Positions 42,875 through 53,111 of a stretch of DNA of 64,000 nt are shown one piece after another (within the stretch, counting starts at the first letter, position 1; each line of letters begins with the position of its first letter). The DNA is from a virus: the IMG/VR virus record IMGVR_UViG_3300032180_000006, positions 6,265-70,264 of that record; one strand, given 5' to 3'. Below the pieces are notes generated by a model. The model had not been told where the DNA came from and did not search any database. It saw only the letters and a program-made list of their open reading frames with translations. The position numbers and the translations under genes were made by a program.

Positions 42875-45800
42875 AAAACTCTTACTGTGCTGTGCTGTGT
42901 GCGTGCCTGCGTTGGCACAGCAGATTGACCTTGGCAACCAAGTTAAGGGCCAACTTGTGCCGTCGTTTATTCAACCCGGCGTAGCTGGGCAGTGCTTACT
43001 GACTGTTGGTAGCACAACAACTTGGGGAACGTGCGCAACGGGTTCAAGTGGATATACAACAATTCAATCAGCAGGTGTAGCACTGGCACAGCGCAGCGCC
43101 GTTAACTTCTTCGGCGCATTGTCGTGTGTAGACAACGCAGGTGCTGCCCGTACTGATTGCCAGCTAGTAACGCCAATTACCGTCCCGCAGGGCGGTACAG
43201 GGCTTGCTACGCTTACGGCGCATCAGCTATATGTCGGTAATGGTACAGCGACGCCTAACCCGGTCGCACCCGGGACGGCTGGGCAGGTGCTGGAGTCAAA
43301 CGGTGCAAGCGTAGATCCCAGCTTCCAAGACCCGATAGTTTCTGGCCCTGATGCTCCAGGTGTCGCTCCTACGCGCAACCCAGTACAGATAGGTGCAATC
43401 GGTGCTGACGGCAACGTACATCGCGTGCTGAGCGACAATAACGGCAACTTGAACGCACTGGTTACGAACTTCCCTGCAACGCAGGCGGTATCAGCAGCAG
43501 CGTTGCCGTTGCCCGCTGGTGCGTCTACCAGCACGAACCAGACGAACGGTACGCAGCAAACACAGATCGTACAGGGCGGTAATACCGCTATAGTTTCAGC
43601 AGCGGGTGCGCAGAAGGTTGATGGTTCGGCTGTAACGCAGCCTGTCTCTGCTGCATCGTTACCGCTGCCCGCTGGCGCTGCCACCAGCTCAAATCAGACC
43701 AATGGTACGCAGCAAACGCAGGTCACGGATGGTGCTGGGCATACGCAGCCAACGGGTGATGCATCAGCGCGCACTATACACACTACGGTTGATAATGCGA
43801 GCGTCACTGTAGTGCAGGGAACGGGCACGAATCTACATACCGTGGTAGATAACTTCCCTGCGACGCAACCTGTAAGTATTGCTACGAATGTTGGTGTTAC
43901 GCAGCAGACAACACCGTGGCTCATTGCTAATGGTACACCGACAGCGCAGACAGCGAGCTGGACGTCGGCTACTGGGTTGAATACCGCGCTAACCCTCGGA
44001 GTTCTAAACTATGCTACAGCAGAACTCTCTGTTGACATCGGGGTGATTACTGGTGGTGCATTGACGTTTGAAGTGCAAGATTCAAACTCTTCCGGGCAGT
44101 GGCATACCATACAGGGAGTACAGGTTGGTTCTACTGTTGGTTCGCCGGGCATGGGAACCACTGGAGTTTCTTATACGCTGGCATCTACTGCGCATCCAGT
44201 ATTTATTTTCAATACATCGGGTGTCAGCAGTATACGAGTACGCCTATCTTCTGTGATTACGGGTGGAGGTACCGTAACCGTCGCACTTCAAGGAGTGGCA
44301 TCACCATCTGCACTTATTCACTTAGCAGCAGAAGGAGCTACAGGACAAAGCACCACAGGAATGCCTATATTATTGATGGGAGCTCAAAGTTCAGGTGGCA
44401 CGCTCACTCCTCTGACCTTGGATTCTTCTAATAACTTGAACATGGCGTTGCCTGAAGGTGTAGATTCAGTCGTGGGGACTACTGGTGTCGCAAACTGGAG
44501 TAATGCTACCAGTGCTAATACTGCGTTGAGTGCTAACACCACTGCGATACCATTAGCGGGAGCTACAACTGTCGCGTTTAATATAGTACAGAGCGGTGCA
44601 TTCACAGGAGGAGTAATTACATTTGAAGTGTTAGGTGTATCTGGAATTACCGCTTCCTACGTTCCTGTACAAGGCATCAACATCTCGACTGGAGCGGCGC
44701 AAGGTTCTACGTTTTCACTGACTGCAAATTCTGGTACAAACGTAATCATTTTTAGTTCGGTAGGTGCGATTAACGATATTCGTGCTAGACTCAGTACAGC
44801 TATTTCAGGAGCTGGAACAGTTGCGCTTCAGGGTACTGTTCAAGGTATGGGACAACCTCCAGGGCATGTGAATCTTGCTTTTCTGGGAGGCGTGCCTTTA
44901 TCTGGCGCGAATGTGGTTGATGTTGGAAATTCCGCATTCAAGGTGAATTGTGTTACGGGCTGTTCATCTACACCCGGTTTCACTGACAATACAGCGTTCA
45001 CGGCTGGTACCACAACAGAAGCGAATATAGGTGGTGTGTTTAACGATGGTCTTAGCGCTGTTACCAGCGGCAACGCAGCAGCGGCGCGCATCACTACGAA
45101 CCGCGCTGTACACATGAATCTGCGTAACAATGCAGGTACTGAAATTGGCACTGCCAGCAATCCTGTTCAAGTATCGTTAGCAAATACTGCTGCGAACGCC
45201 ACGGCTGTCAAGGTTGATGGCAGTGCTGTAACGCAGCCAGTTAGCGCAACGCAAGGTACGGCAGCGGCGACAACGGCTGGATGGCCCGTGGTTGGTGGTA
45301 CTCTAACTGAGCAGACAGCAGCATGGACAAGCGCAACGGGCAGTAACACCACTTTACGTGAAACAATCACGGGTTATAATTCTATCGCTGTATTTTTCAA
45401 CCAGACCACTACAATCACAGGTGGCGTAGCTACATTTGAAGCGTCTGACACTACTGCATTCACCAATGCATACCCGGTACAGTGCGTTGAGTCAAACGCG
45501 GGTATCGTGGCAACTACATATACGTTCGTTGCATCTACGAATCAACTTTGGGATTGCGATGTTACAGGGTACACGGCGTTTCAAGTTCGTTTGAGTACAG
45601 TGATTTCTGGTACTGGTACTGTAAATGTTGGTGTAACTGCTAACTCAATGCCATCAGCGTCTAACGTCACGGCAAATCAAGGAACTAGCCCGTGGATAAG
45701 TAACATCACTCAATTCGGTAGCACGAACGTATCTACAGGCACGGGCGCAAGCGGCGCAGGTATACCACGTGTAACTATTTCCAATGATTCATCGTTGGCA

Positions 45801-46577
45801 GCTAATCAATCTGTTAACGTGAGTCAGTTTGGTGGTACGAACGCAGCTACAGGTACAGGCGCAAGCGGTGCTGGAATTCCGCGTGTTACAGTTTCAAACG
45901 ATAGCTCACTTACTGGTACGCTGGCGAATAACGGAGCCGCTGCTGCAACCAATCGTTTAGGTACGTTACCCGCAATCGCTCAAACTTCTTATAATAACGG
46001 AACAGCCTCTACGCAAGGAAGAGATGTTGCAGCCAACGCAGGTACGGACGGTCTCTTATGGGTAGCGAATCTACCAGCAATAAGACCTGCCAGTTTCGTT
46101 GCTTCAAAGAAATTCGCGGCGAGTTCTACTACAGATAACGCAGTGATGCCGGGTAATGCAACTAACACTGTGTTGCTTACGGCAATTAAAATCACCTGCA
46201 CGCAAACCACGGCTGGCGTTATCAGTGTAGAAATCTTGAAGCGCTCCACTGCTGACACAGCGGGTACTTCAGCAGCTATGACCGCCGTGCCAGATGATTC
46301 AAACTATTCGGCTGCTGTAAGCGCACCATTGTCCTACACAGGAACTGGACCCACGGTTGGAACACCTGTAGGTGATGTTGACAATGGGCAGGTAGGTTGC
46401 CTAGCTCCAGGTACCGCAGGAGCTAACGACATCTACATATTGAACCGTCGTCAGAAGCCGATTGTATTGCGTGGCACAGCGCAGCAGGTTGCTGTGAACG
46501 TCGGTAATGCTGCGCTGACTGGCGGCAACTTAACTGTGACATTCGAATGGATGGAGATAACAACAATAACGCCATGA
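42867..46577 (+). CDS. Large repetitive fibre-like protein with signal peptide
   Basis: 1236 aa, T/G/A/S rich, internal repeats; MLKKLLLCCAVCVPALAQQ. Confidence 0.75.
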   Translation: MLKKLLLCCAVCVPALAQQIDLGNQVKGQLVPSFIQPGVAGQCLLTVGSTTTWGTCATGSSGYTTIQSAGVALAQRSAVNFFGALSCVDNAGAARTDCQLVTPITVPQGGTGLATLTAHQLYVGNGTATPNPVAPGTAGQVLESNGASVDPSFQDPIVSGPDAPGVAPTRNPVQIGAIGADGNVHRVLSDNNGNLNALVTNFPATQAVSAAALPLPAGASTSTNQTNGTQQTQIVQGGNTAIVSAAGAQKVDGSAVTQPVSAASLPLPAGAATSSNQTNGTQQTQVTDGAGHTQPTGDASARTIHTTVDNASVTVVQGTGTNLHTVVDNFPATQPVSIATNVGVTQQTTPWLIANGTPTAQTASWTSATGLNTALTLGVLNYATAELSVDIGVITGGALTFEVQDSNSSGQWHTIQGVQVGSTVGSPGMGTTGVSYTLASTAHPVFIFNTSGVSSIRVRLSSVITGGGTVTVALQGVASPSALIHLAAEGATGQSTTGMPILLMGAQSSGGTLTPLTLDSSNNLNMALPEGVDSVVGTTGVANWSNATSANTALSANTTAIPLAGATTVAFNIVQSGAFTGGVITFEVLGVSGITASYVPVQGINISTGAAQGSTFSLTANSGTNVIIFSSVGAINDIRARLSTAISGAGTVALQGTVQGMGQPPGHVNLAFLGGVPLSGANVVDVGNSAFKVNCVTGCSSTPGFTDNTAFTAGTTTEANIGGVFNDGLSAVTSGNAAAARITTNRAVHMNLRNNAGTEIGTASNPVQVSLANTAANATAVKVDGSAVTQPVSATQGTAAATTAGWPVVGGTLTEQTAAWTSATGSNTTLRETITGYNSIAVFFNQTTTITGGVATFEASDTTAFTNAYPVQCVESNAGIVATTYTFVASTNQLWDCDVTGYTAFQVRLSTVISGTGTVNVGVTANSMPSASNVTANQGTSPWISNITQFGSTNVSTGTGASGAGIPRVTISNDSSLAANQSVNVSQFGGTNAATGTGASGAGIPRVTVSNDSSLTGTLANNGAAAATNRLGTLPAIAQTSYNNGTASTQGRDVAANAGTDGLLWVANLPAIRPASFVASKKFAASSTTDNAVMPGNATNTVLLTAIKITCTQTTAGVISVEILKRSTADTAGTSAAMTAVPDDSNYSAAVSAPLSYTGTGPTVGTPVGDVDNGQVGCLAPGTAGANDIYILNRRQKPIVLRGTAQQVAVNVGNAALTGGNLTVTFEWMEITTITP

Positions 46578-47347
46578 AAAAACTTGCACTCATATTATTT
46601 TTTCTACTGGCTTCCAGTTTCGCATCGGCAACGATCAGCGTAGCGCAGAACCCTACATGGTGCAGTTTCTCTTCTACCACGTCTGGAACCTGTGCTTATA
46701 GCTCGAACAATGCTGCTGGTTCTGTGTTGATTGCGGGTGTTGCTTGTTCTACATCAGGCGATACGCTGACTACACCGACAGATTCAATAGGAAATACGTG
46801 GCTTGTTGCTAATACTGCGACAAACAACACAGGCGATGGCTCAACTTGGGGAACGTTTTATGTGCAGAATTCTCGTAGCGGCGCTAATACCGTCACGTAT
46901 GGTGTAAGTGTGGCGCATAGTTGTACGATAATGATAGGGGAGTGGGCGAATACTATTACTGGAACATGGACTCTTGACCAAAAACAGAGTAATCCTAATA
47001 CAGGTTCATTTTCTACAGCGATGACTAGCAATGCTACAAGTGCACTTTCTCAAAGCGATGAACTTGCTGTTGGGTTTGGTGGAAGTTTTGGTACATCTAC
47101 AGCGACCTTCACGGCTGGTGGTAGTTACGCCATACCTACAGGCGGACAGCACAATACAACTTCGTCTATGAGTGCTGCTGTGGAATGGCTTGAGACTGCT
47201 GCTACTACTGCGCAAACAGCAACGATGACGATTAGTGTCAGTCAAAATTGGACGATGTTTGTTGCTACGTTTATACCGCCGACAAGTGGTGGTGCTACTG
47301 TTATTCCAGTGAACAAACGGCAGAAACTGGAGTTGCTTGATCTATGA
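46574..47347 (+). CDS. Beta-rich protein with signal peptide
   Basis: MKKLALILFFLLASSFASA; ATGA coupling. Confidence 0.7.
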   Translation: MKKLALILFFLLASSFASATISVAQNPTWCSFSSTTSGTCAYSSNNAAGSVLIAGVACSTSGDTLTTPTDSIGNTWLVANTATNNTGDGSTWGTFYVQNSRSGANTVTYGVSVAHSCTIMIGEWANTITGTWTLDQKQSNPNTGSFSTAMTSNATSALSQSDELAVGFGGSFGTSTATFTAGGSYAIPTGGQHNTTSSMSAAVEWLETAATTAQTATMTISVSQNWTMFVATFIPPTSGGATVIPVNKRQKLELLDL

Positions 47348-48021
47348 GTGATTCTACAGTTGTAGGGTATATAGCGCCGATAACGACGAACGGTGATTTG
47401 AACGATACCGTGCTTGCAGATTTTTTGCAGGCTGTTATCGTTGGTATCGTTGGACTACCTCCAACGCTGGTGCGACCACGTTGGCAGCCGGAACCGCCGA
47501 ATAAGCCGTCGTTTGGAACGGACTGGGCAGCGCTGGGTGTGCAGAGCAGGAAGCCCGATGGCTTTGCTTACATAGCGCACCAACCGAACGCGCAGAATGC
47601 GCAAGGTCAAGATCGTGCGTATCGTCAGCAGATTTTGAGCATACTGTGCAGCTTCTACGGACCGCATGCTGAAGCAAATGGTGATCTACTTTCTATGGGT
47701 ATGCAGATTGAACAGAATCTCGAAGCAATGAAGTCCGCGGGTTTCGGGTTCATTGAGGTAGATGATCCAATCGTAGTGCCGGAACTAGACCATGAGCGCT
47801 GGCTTTACCGCGTTGACACTGGGTTTAAATTACGCCGCGTACAGATTTATGATTACCCGGTTCGTAATCTGCTGGGCGCGCAAATGGCAACAAAGACCGA
47901 TGGTGGCGCACCAGAACAAGACAGTACGATTACTCTAGATACAGTCATCCAAGCACCGTTGTTTGGATTTGATGTTGAAGCAGAATTTATAGCAGGATTT
48001 GACCAAGGTCATTTGAAATAA
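47344..48021 (+). CDS. Tail terminator/neck protein
   Basis: VRPRWQ, SFYGP; precedes sheath. Confidence 0.75.
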   Translation: MSDSTVVGYIAPITTNGDLNDTVLADFLQAVIVGIVGLPPTLVRPRWQPEPPNKPSFGTDWAALGVQSRKPDGFAYIAHQPNAQNAQGQDRAYRQQILSILCSFYGPHAEANGDLLSMGMQIEQNLEAMKSAGFGFIEVDDPIVVPELDHERWLYRVDTGFKLRRVQIYDYPVRNLLGAQMATKTDGGAPEQDSTITLDTVIQAPLFGFDVEAEFIAGFDQGHLK

Positions 48022-48033
48022 GGGAGGATGTAG

Positions 48034-49524
48034 ATGCCGACAGCAACTTTACCTATCAGTAGGCTTATTTCTGTTAGCCTGACGCTGACGCCACAAGCTG
48101 CGCAGCAACAGAATCTAAGCCAGCTCTTGATTCTCGGTGACAGTGCTATCATCGATGTTGTCAGTCGTATGCGACTGTATACTTCGCTGACGCAAGTCGC
48201 CACAGATTTTGGCACGAATGCGCCGGAATACTTGGCGGCGACTCTATGGTTCGGTCAGAATCCACAACCGACCAGTTTGCTGATCGGCCGCTGGGCTCAG
48301 TCAGCTACACACGGCCAATTATTCGGTGCGCCGTTGACGCCGACGAACAGCTTGATTGCTACGTGGACAGCTATCGCGAATGGTGGCTTTCACATCAGCG
48401 TGGATGGTGGCGCGTCTACCAACGTAACTGGATTGAACTTCACGGGTGCTACCACGTTGAACGGTGTAGCAGCTATTATCAGCGCTGCGCTTACGGGCGC
48501 AACATGCGTCTATAATTCTGTGTTCAACCGCTTTGAAATTACGAGCAACACGACAGGCGCTACCAGCAGCATCAGCTTCTTAACTGCTCCCACGGCAGGT
48601 ACGGACATTAGTGGTTTGATGGGTGATGTTGCAGGTGGTGGAGGCTACCAAGCGAACGGCATCGTTGCTGAGACGGCGCTGGCCGCTGCTACGTTCTTCG
48701 ACCAGACGTTTGGTCAGCAGTGGTACGCGCTGCAATTTGCCAGCACGCACACGGTCAATGCAGATCATCAAGCTGTATCAGCGTTTATCGAGGGAACGGC
48801 GACGTATCATTTCTACGGTGTTACAACGCAAGACCCGAATGCGTTGCTTGCCAGCAGCACCACTGATATCGCGTATTTGCTTAGCCAGACTAAACCGAAT
48901 CGTACGGCGGTACAGTACAGTAGCACGTCCAACTACGCGATAGCGTCTGCGCTGGCGCGTATTTTGACTACGAACTACGCAGGTGCGAACACTGTCATTA
49001 CTCTGATGTATAAACAAGAGCCCGGTGTTGCGCCTGAAGTGCTGAATTCGACGCAGATTGCAGCGCTTGAAGCGAAGAACTGTAATGTCTACGTCACTTA
49101 CAATAACAACACGTCAATTTTTGAACCCGGTGTGTGCAGCAGCGGGTTATTCATTGATACTGAAATCGGAACAGCAGCGTGGGTCGTTACCATGCAGACG
49201 GCGCTGTATAACGTGCTGTTTACTACGTCGACCAAGGTGCCGCAGACTAACACGGGCATGCATTTGCTTGCTACGGCCATTGAACAAACCAGCAGCCAGT
49301 TCGTAGTGAATGGTTTGCTCGCTCCGGGAACGTGGACTAGCGCGGGCGTTGGAGTAATCAATCAGGGCGATCCTTTGCCGAAAGGTTACTACGTATTTGT
49401 TCCGCCTATTGAGCAACAGTCTGCGTCGCAGCGCGCTGCTCGTTTGAGCGTTAACTTTCAAGTGCTTGGAAAATTGGCGGGCGCTGTGCACGATGTACAA
49501 ATCGGCGTTACCGTCAACAGCTAA
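48034..49524 (+). CDS. Tail sheath protein (DUF3383-like)
   Basis: DFG..APEY.AA, KQEPG, KVPQT, LAGAVH. Confidence 0.9.
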   Translation: MPTATLPISRLISVSLTLTPQAAQQQNLSQLLILGDSAIIDVVSRMRLYTSLTQVATDFGTNAPEYLAATLWFGQNPQPTSLLIGRWAQSATHGQLFGAPLTPTNSLIATWTAIANGGFHISVDGGASTNVTGLNFTGATTLNGVAAIISAALTGATCVYNSVFNRFEITSNTTGATSSISFLTAPTAGTDISGLMGDVAGGGGYQANGIVAETALAAATFFDQTFGQQWYALQFASTHTVNADHQAVSAFIEGTATYHFYGVTTQDPNALLASSTTDIAYLLSQTKPNRTAVQYSSTSNYAIASALARILTTNYAGANTVITLMYKQEPGVAPEVLNSTQIAALEAKNCNVYVTYNNNTSIFEPGVCSSGLFIDTEIGTAAWVVTMQTALYNVLFTTSTKVPQTNTGMHLLATAIEQTSSQFVVNGLLAPGTWTSAGVGVINQGDPLPKGYYVFVPPIEQQSASQRAARLSVNFQVLGKLAGAVHDVQIGVTVNS

Positions 49525-49536
49525 AGGAGAATCTAA

Positions 49537-49995
49537 ATGCCTCAGCCGCAACTTGTCTACAGTTTTAAGGATGTGCACGCCACAATCGCAGGACCGGGCG
49601 GCACCGTTCCTCTTGGTAACAACGCAGGTATCGAAGAGGGTGGTATCACTGTTGAACCGCAGGAAGAAATCGGCAGCCTAAAGATTGGCGCTGATGGCAG
49701 TCCTGCGCATAGTCTCAAGGCGACCAAAGCTGCTAAGATAACTGTTCGCGTACTGAAAACCAGCCCGACGAACGCATTGCTACAGGCTATGTTCAACTTT
49801 CAACGCACCAGTTCATTGAACTGGGGCCAGAACACCTTAGTTATTTCCAACATCGCCACGGGCGATGTATACACGAATCAGTTCGTAGCGTTTTTACGCC
49901 AACCACCGAATACCTATGCCAAGGAAGCAGGTGCGATTGACTGGGAATTTCTAGTCGGTCAGCTTGATGTCAATCTTGGTGCGCAGCTAACATAA
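49537..49995 (+). CDS. Tail tube protein (DUF3277-like)
   Basis: YSF.DV, IGADG, LKTSPTN. Confidence 0.85.
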   Translation: MPQPQLVYSFKDVHATIAGPGGTVPLGNNAGIEEGGITVEPQEEIGSLKIGADGSPAHSLKATKAAKITVRVLKTSPTNALLQAMFNFQRTSSLNWGQNTLVISNIATGDVYTNQFVAFLRQPPNTYAKEAGAIDWEFLVGQLDVNLGAQLT

Positions 49996-50006
49996 GGAGA
50001 AATTGT

Positions 50007-50411
50007 GTGATTGAAATCGCAGGACACCAATACACCGTTGGTAAACTTGACGCGCGCCGACAGTTCCATGTAGTACGTCGGCTCGCGCCAATTCTTGCAG
50101 GTCTGGGCGAAGCTACTGTAAAGGCTTTGCAGAACGGTAAAAAACCGTCGTTTGAAGTAATCGCGCAACCCATCGCAGATAAACTGGCGAAGATGAGCAA
50201 TGAAGATGTTGATTATGTGCTGACATCGTGCTTGTCTGTATGCAGTCGCTTAGTTAACGGAGAACCTGCCTTAGTGCAGGCACCAAAGACAGACTTGCTT
50301 ATGTTCCCGGATATAACTATGGAGGTAATGCTGAAATTGATGATTGCTGTTATTGAGGAAAACATGGGCGATTTTTTTACTTTAGCGCAACCCGAGTTGA
50401 AAACCGACTAG
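50007..50411 (+). CDS. Tail assembly chaperone
   Basis: KL.A..QFHV.RR..P; ends GDFF on a T7 run. Confidence 0.8.
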   Translation: MIEIAGHQYTVGKLDARRQFHVVRRLAPILAGLGEATVKALQNGKKPSFEVIAQPIADKLAKMSNEDVDYVLTSCLSVCSRLVNGEPALVQAPKTDLLMFPDITMEVMLKLMIAVIEENMGDFFTLAQPELKTD

Positions 50412-50608
50412 ACACGTTAGGTGTTGCGCTGCTTAGTATGACTACCGGAGAGGACTGGTTGTTGCGACCTGTGCTGGCAGGCATGTGCAGGTTTGAATCT
50501 CTGGTAGATGGAACATTGTCGTTAGAAAATATTGCCTGTATGAACGATGCGTTGAACGTGCAACAAGAAAATCAATCGCGGGTTAACCGCACGCTTGTGA
50601 AAAGGTGA
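50378..50608 (+). CDS. Tail chaperone -1 frameshift extension (or separate ORF from ATG 50438)
   Basis: -1 frame open from T TTT TTT (50372-50378) to TGA; GEDWLLRPV..G.C..ESL.DG. Confidence 0.7.
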   Translation, partial: YFSATRVENRLDTLGVALLSMTTGEDWLLRPVLAGMCRFESLVDGTLSLENIACMNDALNVQQENQSRVNRTLVKR

Positions 50609-50614
50609 TGCTCG

Positions 50615-52273
50615 ATGTCTGAAGAGAATATCTTAAAATCGTACTTGATGTCTATCGGGTTTAAGATAGACGAAGTAGGCTATAAGAAATTCAAAAATTT
50701 GGAGGAGGAATCTGACAAGCACATCAAGGAGTTGGGTGAGCGACTTGAGAAGTTTGCCACCATTGCAGCAAGCAGCGCGGGCGTGCTTACAGCGAGCGTG
50801 TTGCGCATCAGTGATCGTCTTACACAACTTTATTACAGCAGCCAGCTTGCAGGCACCAGCGCTCGCAACCTTCAAGCCTTTAAAAGCGCCGCGGAGCAGG
50901 TGGGTGTCAGCGCTGAAGTAGCGCAGCAATCTGTTCAAGCGTTGTCAATGGCGTTGTACCAGAACCCGCAACTGGGCGCGCTGTTGCGTGGGTTTAACAT
51001 CAACCCTGATCAAGATAAAGTTCAGGTATTGATGGAGCTACTTGATAAACTGTCTGCGATGCCTGCATGGCAAGCTACACAGATCGCGAATATGTTTGGA
51101 CTTGACCCACAGACTTTTCGCATGCTTGAGATGCACCGCGATGAGCTACACAAGTTTGTTGCGCAGTACCAGGAATTGAATAAGGAGACTGATAAGCAAA
51201 GCGAAGCAAGCAGACGTTTCAATCAACATCTAAAAGATTTAGAGAATCGCTTTAACAAGTTGTGGGAAACAATTTCAACACGTCTATTACCTATCGGTGA
51301 GGAGGTTATCACTTGGCTTGATGATGTGATTGATGGATTACAAGCTGCTGATAAAGCTACTGATGGTTGGTCTAGCAAAATACTCGGTGTTGTCAGTGCA
51401 TTAGGTAGTGTAGTTGGAGGCATGGCATTTTTCAAAAGTGTGCTTGGCATGCTGGGTATAGGTGGTGCGGCAGAAGCTACAGCAGGAGCGGGCGCTGCGG
51501 CAGCGATAGGTTCAGCAGCCACAGCAACGTCAATCTTAGCTGCTATACCTGCTGAAATAGCGTCTGGTTATTATTTGAAGAAGGCCTACGACTACTACAA
51601 CGCCACGGGCGCTGATCGTGAAAATATTCATAAACGGCGTTTACAGTTATTGAAGGAACAGGGTCGGCTTGCACCTGAGGATTTACCTGAGTATAACCGC
51701 TTATTCGGTGGTGGTGGTGGCGGTAGTGGTGTAGTGCAGGACACGATCGATAAGTTCGCTGCTAAGTACGGAGTTAGTACCGCTTTGATGCATGCACTGG
51801 CGCACGAAGAGCACGGTGTAGACAAGCAAGGTAGATCGCGGATAAGCCCGAAAGGTGCCATCGGTATGTTTCAACTGATGCCGAAAACCGCGGAGATGCT
51901 GAAAGTCGACCCGTTTAATATGGAGGCGAACATTGAAGGCGGCATTCACTACTTCGCTGACCTGTTGAAACATTTTGGCGGTAATGAAATCTTAGCACTG
52001 GCCGCATACAACGCAGGTGAAGGCAAAGTTGACCAGTACGGTGGGATTCCACCGTTTAAAGAAACGCAGAATTACGTCTCAGACATTTTGAAGTATCGTC
52101 TTGCGCATCCCTATGGTGTGGAAGGTGCTGGGCCGAAAGTTGTTATCAGCCAAGAAACGAAGATTGACATAAACGGCGTGGATGATCCTATGCAGGCAGG
52201 TAGGCAGGTAGCGGCTGAGCAGGAGCGTGTTAACGGTGATCTCGTGCGCAATGCCAGCGGAGTTGTGAAATGA
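50615..52273 (+). CDS. Tape measure protein with lytic transglycosylase domain
   Basis: Helical N-terminus; SPKGAIGMFQLMP, ALAAYNAG, ETQNYV. Confidence 0.9.
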   Translation: MSEENILKSYLMSIGFKIDEVGYKKFKNLEEESDKHIKELGERLEKFATIAASSAGVLTASVLRISDRLTQLYYSSQLAGTSARNLQAFKSAAEQVGVSAEVAQQSVQALSMALYQNPQLGALLRGFNINPDQDKVQVLMELLDKLSAMPAWQATQIANMFGLDPQTFRMLEMHRDELHKFVAQYQELNKETDKQSEASRRFNQHLKDLENRFNKLWETISTRLLPIGEEVITWLDDVIDGLQAADKATDGWSSKILGVVSALGSVVGGMAFFKSVLGMLGIGGAAEATAGAGAAAAIGSAATATSILAAIPAEIASGYYLKKAYDYYNATGADRENIHKRRLQLLKEQGRLAPEDLPEYNRLFGGGGGGSGVVQDTIDKFAAKYGVSTALMHALAHEEHGVDKQGRSRISPKGAIGMFQLMPKTAEMLKVDPFNMEANIEGGIHYFADLLKHFGGNEILALAAYNAGEGKVDQYGGIPPFKETQNYVSDILKYRLAHPYGVEGAGPKVVISQETKIDINGVDDPMQAGRQVAAEQERVNGDLVRNASGVVK

Positions 52274-52800
52274 GCAGTCCTATTCTAGTTCGCCCCGTTC
52301 GCAATGTCAATGGTATTTTTGCAGATGCCGTGGTGGAGGAACTGCACAGTGATGAATCAGAGATTACAGAACATCCGGTTGAAGTAGGTTCTGTCATAGC
52401 TGATCACATGTATAAATTGCCATCAGAATTGGCGTTGACGTATGTGTGGTCAATGGGTAGTGTGCAGAACACGAGCAGAGACAATTCATTTCTAAAAAGT
52501 ATCTACCAGCAATTCCTGACACTGAAGGACAGCGCTACGTTGATGCAGGTGATTACAGGTAAGCGAGTTTATAAAAATATGGTTGTGCGCAGCTTGGCAG
52601 TGCGTACCGACAAAGAAACCGAAAACCTGTTGGAACTGCGCATCGGTCTTCGAGAAATTATTCTGGCTACTACGCAGACTGTGCCTCTAACACCAGCGGC
52701 GCAGCAAGCGCTCGCGCAGATAACAGCACCGCCAGTAAGCCAAGGTCAGCAAAACTTGCAGGTAGGAACCAACTTCAATAATAGTGCGGTGCCTAAATGA
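52270..52800 (+). CDS. Baseplate/tube initiator protein
   Basis: ITEHPVE.G..I.DH; TGKR.Y.NM. Confidence 0.8.
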   Translation: MSSPILVRPVRNVNGIFADAVVEELHSDESEITEHPVEVGSVIADHMYKLPSELALTYVWSMGSVQNTSRDNSFLKSIYQQFLTLKDSATLMQVITGKRVYKNMVVRSLAVRTDKETENLLELRIGLREIILATTQTVPLTPAAQQALAQITAPPVSQGQQNLQVGTNFNNSAVPK

Positions 52801-53111
52801 CAGTTAACCTGATTCCTTTAAAGCAAGGCACGGCGCAGAAACTTGGTATCACGCTGAATGGTGTGCAATATCAGTTAGTGGTGCGCTGGAATGATACTGC
52901 GCAGGCGTGGCACGCTGATCTACTTGATGTAAACGGCAATCCTATTTTGATGAATCTACCACTGGTTACAGGCGCTGACTTACTGGGCCAGTATGCGTAT
53001 CTGGGTATCGGCGGTAAGTTGATAGTGCAGACAACGAACAGCGTGTGGGCTGTACCTACATTTGCAAATCTTGGAGATACGGGAAATTTGTACTTTGTGA
53101 CTACACCATGA
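52797..53111 (+). CDS. Baseplate protein
   Basis: PLVTGADLL.QY.YLG. Confidence 0.75.
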   Translation: MTVNLIPLKQGTAQKLGITLNGVQYQLVVRWNDTAQAWHADLLDVNGNPILMNLPLVTGADLLGQYAYLGIGGKLIVQTTNSVWAVPTFANLGDTGNLYFVTTP

